11,084 nucleotides of DNA from Candidatus Eiseniibacteriota bacterium (lineage in GTDB: Bacteria; Eisenbacteria; RBG-16-71-46): positions 1-11,084 of the forward strand of contig JANLOX010000040.1 in NCBI GenBank assembly GCA_031366795.1, given 5' to 3'. Of this stretch, positions 1 through 7,537 are shown in pieces. The notes under the pieces were generated by a model, which saw only the letters and a program-made list of their open reading frames with translations, did not search any database and was not told the origin of the DNA. Both the position numbers and the translations under genes were made by a program. Position 1 is the first letter of the stretch. Each line of letters begins with the position of its first letter.

Positions 1-92
1 GGAAACGCAGCTGCCGACGTGCACGAGCCCGACCGCCTCGACCGCACGCCACAGCACGACCGGAAACGGTGTGCTGACGGCAGGTTGCCAGT

Positions 93-141
93 CCATCAAT
101 TACCGTGAACGCCACACCATCAATTAGCGTGACCACGCTCA
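93..141. mobile_element. IS21-family-like terminal region (element body lies to the left, mostly outside the window)
   Basis: Two direct repeats CCATCAATTA(C/G)CGTGA(A/C)C at 93-110 and 117-134, ending in ...ACGCTCA (5'-TG on the minus strand). TG..CA termini with tandem transposase-binding repeats are typical of IS21. HTH-like coding sequence begins right after 141. Confidence 0.6.
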
Positions 142-380
142 AAATAGCCCAGGACATTTATCGCCTGCGGACCGAGGCAAAGCTGAGCCAGAAAGGGCTC
201 GCCGAACTCGTCGGCACGACGGCGTCGGCCATCTGTCGTCTGGAGGACGCCGACTACGGCGGCCACTCGCTCAGCATGGTTCAGCGCATCTGTGCCGCCC
301 TCGGGCAGCGGATGGAGATCCGCTTCGTGCCGATCCGTGTCACGCGTGCTACCCGAATCCGGGCGGTCCCCGGCCGATAG
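105..380 (+). pseudogene. XRE/HTH_3 regulator, HigA-like antitoxin, probably 5'-truncated by IS insertion at about 141
   Basis: IAQDIYRLRTEAKLSQKGLAELVGTTASAICRLEDADYGGHSLSMVQRICAALG is a typical HigA-type XRE HTH. Both candidate starts (GTG 105, GTG 129) lie inside the IS-end repeats and lack an RBS, so the natural N-terminus appears to be missing. Confidence 0.7.
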
Positions 381-496
381 CATTGTGCCGAACCGCCGAC
401 GGAGGCTTGAAGAAGTCACAGGGGAAGTCGAAGGTCCCCAGTCCGGTCGCGTGAGTGGCTCCGCAAGCACCCACCGATCTATGAGCGATGTGGCCA

Positions 497-645
497 GTTC
501 ACGATCACCGAAACGGGCGTTCACGATCCCGAAACGAGTGTTCACGATGCCGTTTTGGGTGTTCACGATCCCGAAACGAGCGTTGATGATGCCGTTTTGG
601 GTGTTCACGATCCCGAAATGCCTGTTCACGATGGCCGAAAGCACA
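497..645. repeat. Seven tandem 21-22 bp repeats (core GTTCACGAT) ending in CA; IS21 (IS408/IS1162-like) terminal array
   Basis: Units start at 497, 519, 540, 561, 582, 603 and 624. The minus strand reads TGTGCTTTCGGCCATCGTGAACAGGCATTTCGGGATCGTGAAC, resembling IS21-family ends. No transposase is adjacent. Confidence 0.75.
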
Positions 646-719
646 AAGTCACGCCCGCTCGAGCCATGCGCGCCTCACGAGCGTCAAAAAGACACGGTTC
701 TCGGCGGCCGTCGACAAGT

Positions 720-781
720 CCGGTGGCCGGGGTGGAGGAATTTGAGATGGCCACGGGTGGGGGATTTTGGGTGGCCACCGG
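720..781. repeat. 62-bp dispersed repeat, copy 1; IS21-like end with internal TGGCC-anchored repeats
   Basis: 58/62 identical to 1185-1246. Internal direct repeats GGTGGaGGAATTTGAGaTGGCCAC and GGTGGgGGATTTTGGGTGGCCAC. Confidence 0.75.
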
Positions 782-1082
782 GACTGGCTCGCAATTCGAC
801 GGATTTCAAAGGAGTGAATCGAGGACTTGAAATATTTGAAAGCTTGCAATTGCGATGGACTGAAATCGGGAATTGGTTTCCACGAAATCCGCTTTGGGCC
901 CCGTAATGCGTTGTTGATTGAGGTCTTGGTCAACTTCTAGCGCATGACGCTGAGAGCCGGTGTGCCAGCAAGCACAACCTTCCCAACTACCCCAGATCCC
1001 CTACGCCCACCGGCCTGACTGAAAGATTTGAAAGCATTGGGCACGAGCGAATTGGGACGTAGAGACGGCGAGGCAAGTTCCG

Positions 1083-1133
1083 GCGACTCTGGCTGTGACT
1101 CTGGCCGCGACTCTGGCTGCGACTCTGGCTGCG
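1083..1133. repeat. 12-bp minisatellite, about 4.25 copies of GCGACTCTGGCT
   Basis: Units at 1083, 1095, 1107 and 1119; two of them carry a single substitution. Confidence 0.9.
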
Positions 1134-1184
1134 TAGAGGCGGTGCCCCCGCCCGGGGGGGATAGGTTCTGAGAAACTCACCTTG

Positions 1185-1248
1185 CCGGTGGCCGGGGTGG
1201 AGGAATTTGAGGTGGCCACAGGTGGGGGACTTTGGGTGGCCGCCGGCA
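1185..1248. repeat. 62-bp dispersed repeat, copy 2; IS21-like end terminating in CA
   Basis: Direct repeat of 720-781 with 4 mismatches, ending ...GTGGCCGCCGGCA. Confidence 0.75.
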
Positions 1249-1262
1249 ATTGAGCGGCAATC

Positions 1263-1691
1263 TCAGCCGCCTCCCACCAACCGCAGCGTCCCTTCATCAC
1301 CTTCGCCCTCGAAGTACTTCGCGAGGAGCAGCTCGAACACCGACCCCGCCGGCGACACGGACGCGAACAGCGTCGCGCACGACCTCAGCTTCATGTCGTC
1401 GGGGGTGCCGAAGATCTCCAGTGCGGAGCGCGCTTCGACACCCAGGGCGGCCTCGGCACACTCGATCAGCCGCGGACCGAGAACGGGATGGCCGAGATAC
1501 GCATCAGCCTCGGCGAGGCTCTTTATCGCGTACCGCTGCGAGGTCGCACTGAACCCCAGCCCATCGAACTGCGGGAAGACGTACCACATCCAATGCGTTC
1601 GCTTTCGCCCACTCTGGATCTCGGCGAGCGCTCGTTCGTAGTCGGCCTCCTGCGCGAGCAGGAAACGGTTCAGGTCGTATGAGTCGTGCAC
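1263..1691 (-). CDS. DUF1810 family protein (Rv1873-like)
   Basis: DLNRFLLAQ..YERALAEI..GRKRTHWMWYVFPQ..GLG.S..SQRYAI...AYLGHPVLGPRL...IFG.PDDMKLRSCATLF is the DUF1810 signature. Start placed at GTG 1691 by family length; the exact start is uncertain. Confidence 0.9.
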   Translation of the reverse strand: MHDSYDLNRFLLAQEADYERALAEIQSGRKRTHWMWYVFPQFDGLGFSATSQRYAIKSLAEADAYLGHPVLGPRLIECAEAALGVEARSALEIFGTPDDMKLRSCATLFASVSPAGSVFELLLAKYFEGEGDEGTLRLVGGG

Positions 1692-1840
1692 GCTGCCGTC
1701 GTCGCAGAGGAAGTTCGATACCACTGGGGCTGCACGTTCGTCTACACCGAGGACGAGACGGGCATCTGCATCACGCATCTCTTCCGCGTTCCGCTCTGAG
1801 ATCCCCCCACCGGCCTGCTGCGTCCCATCCGGCGCCCCTC

Positions 1841-2377
1841 CTAGAATCCGAACGCCAAGGACACCGCGGCACCGCGCTCACCGACGGGCACAAAGCTCAG
1901 ACGGATGCGATCCTTGGGCAGCTCCTTCCACCGTTCCGCTGGATGGACGGCGACACCAATCAGCGCCCCTATGGGTGCAAAGAATATGGCGGCGATCAGA
2001 GCCTTTTCCCCCGCCGTGAACCTAAAGAATGAATTTGCATCATCGCTCCCGGACGCAAGGCCCATGAGACCGCCAGCCCCCGCGCCAATCCCTGCTCCGA
2101 TGAGGGCGCCTCGGCCCCTGGAGCGGCGCCCCGCGCTGACCTCCAACTGGGTGATGTCATCGCGGAGGAGAACCTTAGTGTCCGTCTTGCCCAGAACCTG
2201 CAGCGTGAGGTTGTTGTCGTCGAGTGCGAGAACTGTCCCGACCAGCTGACCGCCTCCCGTTGGGACCGTGACGCGAACACGAGTGCCGGAAGCGAGCTGG
2301 ACCGCATCGTCGGCCAGGGCTACAGCCGCGGCAATAGAGAGGATTCCAACGAACGCAACGATCAAAGCGTATCGCAT
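1841..2377 (-). CDS. Exported/membrane hypothetical protein (signal peptide, small beta domain, glycine-zipper-like hydrophobic segments)
   Basis: ATG 2377 preceded by GAGGTG RBS; signal peptide MRYALIVAFVGILSIAAAVALA; GALIGAGIGAGAGGLMG segment; C-terminal Phe. Confidence 0.8.
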   Translation of the reverse strand: MRYALIVAFVGILSIAAAVALADDAVQLASGTRVRVTVPTGGGQLVGTVLALDDNNLTLQVLGKTDTKVLLRDDITQLEVSAGRRSRGRGALIGAGIGAGAGGLMGLASGSDDANSFFRFTAGEKALIAAIFFAPIGALIGVAVHPAERWKELPKDRIRLSFVPVGERGAAVSLAFGF

Positions 2378-2435
2378 AGTCACCTCTTCGTTCTTGGCGG
2401 CAGACCTGCTTTGGCCGCGTCTACCGCGCACCGCG

Positions 2436-4115
2436 TCACTCCACCCGGATCACCCTCCAAGCACGCGCAATGCCCTGCCCGCTCGCGCGCACGAAGAAGA
2501 TCCCCTCCCCCGCGGGGTGTCCGTCGCTCGAGCGGCCATCCCATGTGAGCGCGTTCGCTCCGGCGGCCAGCACTGCGGGCTCGTAGGCACGAATGGCCCG
2601 ACCGCGGACATCGAAGACCTCCAAGCGCACTGTCGTGGCGGCCGGCAACACGAACGTGAGCCGCACGCGATCGACGAATGGATTGGGCCATGCGCGGGTC
2701 ATCTGCAGGGCCTCGGGCGCTTCCGGCACCGCCAAGGTGCGGCCGATCGCATTCACGTGCTGAAGATAGATGTCGTTGTTAGTTCCGCTGCGCCGGTCCT
2801 GCCAGGACACGAACGCGCCGAGTGCGCCATCGGTCGCGATCGTCGGCAATTGCTGGTTGTCCACCGCGGCGCATAGTGCCAGCCCATCGGGCGTCCACGT
2901 CGATGCTCCCGTCAAATCCAAGTGCTGGGCATAAATGTCGTCGCCCGTGGCGAACATGCGCCCGTCGTACCAGGTGATGACGGAGCCCGTCGCGCCGTCC
3001 GAGGCGATCGTCGGCGCGAGTTGGTCGGCCTGAGCCGTACACACCGGGACGCCGCTCGGCATCCACATAGGCGCTCCCGAAGCATTCACCTTCTGGGCGT
3101 AGATGTTGTAGTTCGTATTCGTGCGGAAGTCCTGCCACGCGACTGTTGCGCCGCCGGCTCCATCGGCGATCATGGCGCACTGGTTACCCGCAGTGCACAG
3201 CATGACGCCAGCGTTGGTCGGCGGCCACAGCTTATCGCCATTGAAATTGACGCGCTGAGCGTAGATGCCCGTGCTGCCGGCGGCCCACGCGACGACGGCG
3301 CCACCCGAACCATCCATGACGATCGCGGGGCGCCGGTTGTTCGAGAGACTGCTCAGGGGTGAGTTGGACCACAGGCTCGCCCCGGCAGAATTCAATCTCT
3401 GAACGCGGCACCCGCCCGTTCCGTTGAACCAAGCGATGATCGCGCCTCCCACTCCGTCCGAGACGACTACCGGAAGCGTCTCGCCGTTCATGCTGGTCAT
3501 CGTCACTGGAACTCCGATGGAACCCCAGAGCATCGCCCCCGCGGCATTCACCTTCTGGGCATAGATGTCGGAGACACCACCCGCGCCATTGTCCTGACGC
3601 CACACGACGATGGCGCCGCCCGCTCCATTGATGTCTCGAGCGATCGCCAGATCGCGCATCGTCGGCGAGGCGACCGAGACTGGAACGCCATTGGCGCCCC
3701 ATTGAGGATTTCCCGCCGCGTTCACCCATTGCGCGCGAGGCTGGGCGCTGGTGCCTCCGAAGGCGAGATAGGCGCCCCCTGTGGCGTCGGAAGCGATGGC
3801 GGGGACCGTCGGGTCACCCGAGTCCCCGGTCACGGAAAGCGGTACACCGCCTGGCGCCCATTGCGGGAGTCCCGCCGCGTTCACGCGTTGCGCGAAACAG
3901 ACACCGCCAGCGGGAACGGTGGGGCGAAGGTCGTGCCACGCCACGATTGCACCGCCCGCTCCGTCCGGCACCATGGCAGGGCTCAATTGATCGCCCGCCG
4001 CCGTGCACACCCCGTTGCCATTGGCGTCGTCCGCAACCGCGGGACCGATGCTGATCGATGATGCAGTAAGAGCAAGGATGAGCGTCAGCACGATTACTTG
4101 GGGTTTGCAGTTCAC
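2436..4115 (-). CDS. Secreted repeat (probable 8-bladed beta-propeller) protein with C-terminal FlgD-Ig/T9SS-like sorting domain
   Basis: GTG 4115 with GAGG RBS; signal peptide; 8 repeats of P.I..DG.GGA.V.W...IYAQ.VN..G...W...GV; C-terminal WPNPF...LEVFDVRGR...LTWDGR...G.FFVR. Confidence 0.85.
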   Translation of the reverse strand: MNCKPQVIVLTLILALTASSISIGPAVADDANGNGVCTAAGDQLSPAMVPDGAGGAIVAWHDLRPTVPAGGVCFAQRVNAAGLPQWAPGGVPLSVTGDSGDPTVPAIASDATGGAYLAFGGTSAQPRAQWVNAAGNPQWGANGVPVSVASPTMRDLAIARDINGAGGAIVVWRQDNGAGGVSDIYAQKVNAAGAMLWGSIGVPVTMTSMNGETLPVVVSDGVGGAIIAWFNGTGGCRVQRLNSAGASLWSNSPLSSLSNNRRPAIVMDGSGGAVVAWAAGSTGIYAQRVNFNGDKLWPPTNAGVMLCTAGNQCAMIADGAGGATVAWQDFRTNTNYNIYAQKVNASGAPMWMPSGVPVCTAQADQLAPTIASDGATGSVITWYDGRMFATGDDIYAQHLDLTGASTWTPDGLALCAAVDNQQLPTIATDGALGAFVSWQDRRSGTNNDIYLQHVNAIGRTLAVPEAPEALQMTRAWPNPFVDRVRLTFVLPAATTVRLEVFDVRGRAIRAYEPAVLAAGANALTWDGRSSDGHPAGEGIFFVRASGQGIARAWRVIRVE

Positions 4116-4358
4116 GACTACCTCAGGATAGGCAAGGGGCGTTTCCCAGGGGGGCACGGCAGCTCGGGGGGACACCACGATGCTACTGACCCGGTGGAGG
4201 GGTACTCAAGGACGAAGATCGTGTTCCTTACGCTGCGGATCTCGGCGAGCGCGCTGAGGTGATGAAGGACGATGATTCTGAGATGCGCACCGATTTCATG
4301 GCGTGATAGGGTCGGCACCTTCGTGGTTCGGTCCCCCCCAGCAGAGGAGAAGAGACTC

Positions 4359-4691
4359 GTGCCCCACTACATCAACTTCTTTTCGTACGCAGGCGCTGCG
4401 GCGAAGGCCATGATCGATCGACCGTCAGATCGTCACGCAGCAGCAAAAACCCTCGTCGAATCTCTCGGGGGCAAGTTGGACGCGTTCTACTGGATGAACG
4501 GGAAGTTCGATGGCTTTCTCATTGCTCAACTTCCCGACGGCATGAGTGCGGCGGCACTGGCGGCTGCCGCATCGAGTTCCGGCGCATTCACCGACTTTGA
4601 GACTCACGAGATCTTCGATCGCGATGCGCAGGCCCAGATCCTGAAGTCCGCCAAGACGGCCACGACGGCCTACAAGTCGCCTACTGCGTGA
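4359..4691 (+). CDS. GYD domain-containing protein
   Basis: GTG 4359 with GAGGAG RBS; MPHY...SY......MIDRP.DR..AAK.LVESLGGKL..FYW..G.FD matches the GYD family pattern; 110 aa. Confidence 0.85.
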   Translation: MPHYINFFSYAGAAAKAMIDRPSDRHAAAKTLVESLGGKLDAFYWMNGKFDGFLIAQLPDGMSAAALAAAASSSGAFTDFETHEIFDRDAQAQILKSAKTATTAYKSPTA

Positions 4692-4699
4692 TTCCGGTT

Positions 4700-4732
4700 G
4701 TGAACGCCGCGGAGATCTTCCGCGGCGTTCAC
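4700..4732 (+). terminator. Perfect 14-bp hairpin after the GYD gene (terminator-like, no U tract)
   Basis: GTGAACGCCGCGGA-gatct-TCCGCGGCGTTCAC, 8 nt after the stop codon. Confidence 0.65.
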
Positions 4733-4815
4733 TAACTCCTGCGTGGACCGCTGGATCTTCGGCGCGCATGCGCAAATTCCGGCCTTGTAATGAAGTGGTG
4801 GAGACGCGATTCTAG

Positions 4816-5645
4816 CCTAGATTATGCGTGAAGCGTGAGATACACGAAGACCTCCATGTCGTAGAAAGGTCTTGTTCAGGGACATTTCTGCTGACAACGG
4901 AGGTCTTCGCGTGTGCGATTCTACCACAACAGCCTGCGTGCTGTTCCCCGAGTTGTTCGAGCGGCCGCTGACGGCCACGTTCGAGGTCCCAACGCCAGTT
5001 CGGATGGTGGCGCGGTGCTGCTCAAGGCGGCGGATCGGCGGCTCGGCTTGATCTCGAGACTGGCCGCAGCACTCGTCGATGAACGGCAGCACGCCAAAGT
5101 GCGGCACGCCGTCCAGGACTTGCTCACGCAGCGCATCTACGGTCTGGCGCTCGGCCTGGGTGAGGGACTGTTCGAGACGGTGCTGACGCGGCACGCGCAC
5201 CGCCGTCGCAAGGTACGCCGCATCACGATCGACATGGACCTCACCGACGATCCCACGCACGGTGCGCAGCAACAGGCGTTCTTCAATAAGTTCTACGACG
5301 CTCACTGCTACCTGCCGCTGCTGGCGTTCCTGACGTTCGATCGCGAACCATAGCAGTACCTGTGCGCGGCCGTCCTACGGCCGGGCAACGCGGCCACCCA
5401 AACCGGTTCGCTGACGCTGTTGAAGCGCATCGTTGGCCGCCTGCAGAAACGCTTCCCGAAAGCACGCATCCTTGTGCGCCTCGATGGCGGCTTCGCGGCG
5501 CCGGAGCTGTTCGAGTTCCTCGACATCGTCGGCGTCGACTACGTCGTCGCGATGGCCAAGAACAAGGTGCTGGAGCGTGAGTCCGAGCTCGACATGATCG
5601 TCGCGCGGGTACCGAGCGAGACCACGGGCGAGACCGAGCACGTCC
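4816..5645 (+). mobile_element. Decayed, 3'-truncated IS1380-family element
   Basis: Left end CCTAGATTATGCGTGAAG resembles the ISEcp1-type IRL (CCTAGATTCTACGTCAG, recalled). It is followed by a transposase pseudogene; no right IR is seen. Confidence 0.8.
4911..5645 (+). pseudogene. IS1380-family DDE transposase pseudogene
   Basis: GTG 4911 with GGAGG RBS; motifs SSDGGAVLL, QRIYGLALG, IDMD.TDDPTHGAQQ..FFN.FY...CYLPL, LRPGN, VRLDGGFA. Frameshift at about 4988, apparent internal deletion after GLALG, in-frame TAG at 5351-5353, truncation at about 5645. Confidence 0.9.
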
Positions 5646-5744
5646 TTATCTCGAGTCTCTCTCGTGATCCAACAGCGCGGAGCCGTGTCCGAATCGTCGG
5701 ACCGCCAGGATCGCCTCAGTTCTCAAAACTCGAAAACCGATCCT

Positions 5745-5852
5745 TGGGAGGATCGTTCGTTCCATCCCAATCATGGCGCCGACGAATCCATTGATCAGCA
5801 GCAGTAGCGAGAATTGACCGAGATTCTCATGCAGGCCGAGCCTTACGGTCAC
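5745..5852 (-). pseudogene. N-terminal remnant of an MFS transporter
   Basis: VRLGLHENLGQFSLLLLINGFVGAMIGMERTILP matches the TM1 region of an MFS subfamily often found in rhodanese/ArsR clusters. Similarity stops after about 35 codons. Confidence 0.7.
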
Positions 5853-6011
5853 GGGGCTTGCAGGGCCTCCAGGGGTGAGCACGGACTCAGGAAACGGCGC
5901 ATCGGTTGGCCGGGAGCCGCACCGCGTCGCGAACTGCGCCCAGCGCCACCGCATCGGCAGGAATGTCTTCGGAGCCTCGTATCATATTGAAGGCGGCACG
6001 GTCGAAGGCAT

Positions 6012-6821
6012 TCAGGAACCAGCTCGTGGCACTCGTGAACCCGGCTTCCTCGCGCGGAAGTTGATCCCGAGCGTGCCGAATTGAGCCGCACTGGAGTGCT
6101 GCGGCGCGCCGCTGAAGACGTCCGCACGCCAGGTGATCTCGAACCCTTCGAAACCCGCGGCGAGGACCACGCTCTCGAGCTCTGCTTCCAGCAGAGCGCC
6201 GGCGATTCAGCCCTTCCAGAGATCGATGTCGCGCTTGGCGGACTCGGGCACCGCTTTCTGGACGAGGATGTCGCCGATCTGGAGCCGGCCACCGGGGCCG
6301 AGGACGCGGAACATCTCGCGGAAGACGTGGACCTTGTCGGGACAAAGGTTGACCACCCCGTTCGAGATCACAACATCGGCCCACCCATCGGCTACGGGCA
6401 GCCGTTCGGCGTGCCCCTGGTGGAACTCGACATTGCGCATGCCAGACTCGAGGGCTGAAGCCCTGGCCTTCTCGAGCATCTCCGGGGTCATGTCCACGCC
6501 CACGACACTGCCCTGCTCCCCGACCAATCGTGTCGCGATCAGGCTATCGATCCCGGCGCCGCAGCCCACGTCGACGACTCTCTCGCCCGGCATGATCGAT
6601 CCCGCAGCGAATGGATTGCCTGTCCCGGCGAAGGACTCGATCGATCGCTCGGGCACGCCCTCGAGCGAAGTGCTGGCGTAGCCCAGCAAGCGGGCAAGCG
6701 GGCGACCCGTATGAAAGTGGAAGCCTCGATGAGGATCTTTGGCAACTTCGGCGTATTCCTTGCGGATCTCGCACCGAAGCTGTTCGACGTCGACATCAGG
6801 GACGGAAACAGGATGTGTCAT
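6012..6821 (-). CDS. ArsM-like class I SAM-dependent methyltransferase, probable selenoprotein (Sec at TGA 6207-6209; 269 aa)
   Basis: Motif I VVDVGCGAGID, GVDMTPEML, DVVISNGVVNL. After DLWKG-TGA the frame stays open for 64 codons (IAGALLEAELESVVLAAGFEGFEITWRADVFSGAPQHSSAAQFGTLGINFRARKP...), continuing the ArsM pattern LWxGCIAGAL....L..AGF...I. Confidence 0.85.
6179..6206 (-). promoter_or_regulatory. Candidate bacterial SECIS element
   Basis: mRNA: UGA-aucgccggc-GCUCUGCU-gga-AGCAGAGC. Perfect 8-bp stem; the G-initiated apical loop starts 18 nt after UGA. Confidence 0.7.
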
Positions 6822-7501
6822 GCTCCCTCCTTAAGTTTCGCGACGGGCAGACCAGCCGCCCGCCAATCCGGAAAGCCAATTTCCAACCGGCGCGCGCGAT
6901 AGCCACGCCGGCGGAGCTGGGCCACTGCCTCATCGGCGTAGACACAGAACGGTCCGCGACAGTAGGCAACGACCTCGTGTCGCTTGGGGATCTCCTTCAG
7001 TCGCTTTTCGAGTTCTCCAACTGGAACAGAGCGGGCGCCAGCGATGTGGCCAGCCTCAAATTCGGCTGCTGGCCTGACGTCGAGAACGATGACGTCCTTC
7101 TCGCGGATGCGCTTGAGCAACTCTTTGCCATCCACACTCTTGAACTGGGCCCGGTCCGCGATGAATGCCGCTACGAGGCGATCAATCTCGGCAAATTGCG
7201 CCTGACCGAGATCGCGAATCGCCTGCCAGACCCCAAACACCCGGTCGCCGGAGAGCCGGTAGTAGGAACAGGCACCGTCGCGGCGGACCGCCACAAGTAG
7301 CGCCGCGCGCAAGATTTGAAGGTGCTGCGACGTGTTCGCCACCGACATTCCCGTGAGGCCAGCGAGATCGTCGACGGTGCGCTCCGCTTGAGCGAGCAGG
7401 TCCACCAGTTCCAACCGATGCGGGCTGCCAAGCGCCTTCCCGACCCGGGCGAGCTCGCGGAACAAGTCATTCTTGAATTGCCGATGAACGTTAGTTTTCA
7501 T
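6818..7501 (-). CDS. ArsR/SmtB-family regulator fused to a rhodanese domain
   Basis: KALGSPHRLELVDLLAQ..RTVDDLA...SVANTSQHLQIL (ArsR HTH); VLDVRP..EF..GHIAGA and YCRGPFC (rhodanese active-site loop). Its stop overlaps the methyltransferase start (ATGA, 6818-6821). Confidence 0.93.
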   Translation of the reverse strand: MKTNVHRQFKNDLFRELARVGKALGSPHRLELVDLLAQAERTVDDLAGLTGMSVANTSQHLQILRAALLVAVRRDGACSYYRLSGDRVFGVWQAIRDLGQAQFAEIDRLVAAFIADRAQFKSVDGKELLKRIREKDVIVLDVRPAAEFEAGHIAGARSVPVGELEKRLKEIPKRHEVVAYCRGPFCVYADEAVAQLRRRGYRARRLEIGFPDWRAAGLPVAKLKEGA

Positions 7502-7502
7502 G

Positions 7503-7537
7503 AATTCAATTGACTCATTGAATTATACTCGAGTCAA
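7503..7537 (-). promoter_or_regulatory. Operator/promoter of the ArsR-rhodanese operon
   Basis: Perfect palindrome AATTCAAT-N6-ATTGAATT (7503-7524) abutting the ATG; second inverted repeat TTGACTC-N14-GAGTCAA (7510-7537); minus-strand TATAAT (7522-7527) and TTGACT (7532-7537). Confidence 0.75.

Noticed and set aside
497..645. CRISPR array
   Set aside because: The period is only 21 bp, the variable parts repeat rather than being unique spacers, and no cas genes are present.
803..833. CRISPR-repeat-like ATTTCAA...TTGAAAT
   Set aside because: Single copy with no regularly spaced repeats.
120..933. ORFs 120..644(-), 292..906(+), 555..830(+), 649..933(-)
   Set aside because: They are translations of DNA repeats (21 bp gives a 7-aa periodicity), with no recognisable protein motifs.
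5351..5353. Pyrrolysine or programmed read-through of TAG in the IS1380 transposase
   Set aside because: The gene also has a frameshift, an apparent deletion and a truncation, so ordinary decay explains it.
6012..6014. Second Sec read-through at the methyltransferase's final TGA
   Set aside because: No clear hairpin follows, and another TGA occurs after 9 more codons.
6207..6209. Alternative genetic code (UGA = Trp/Gly)
   Set aside because: Several genes here end in TGA at family-appropriate positions (DUF1810, GYD, ArsR fusion, ISL3), and the position aligns with Cys.
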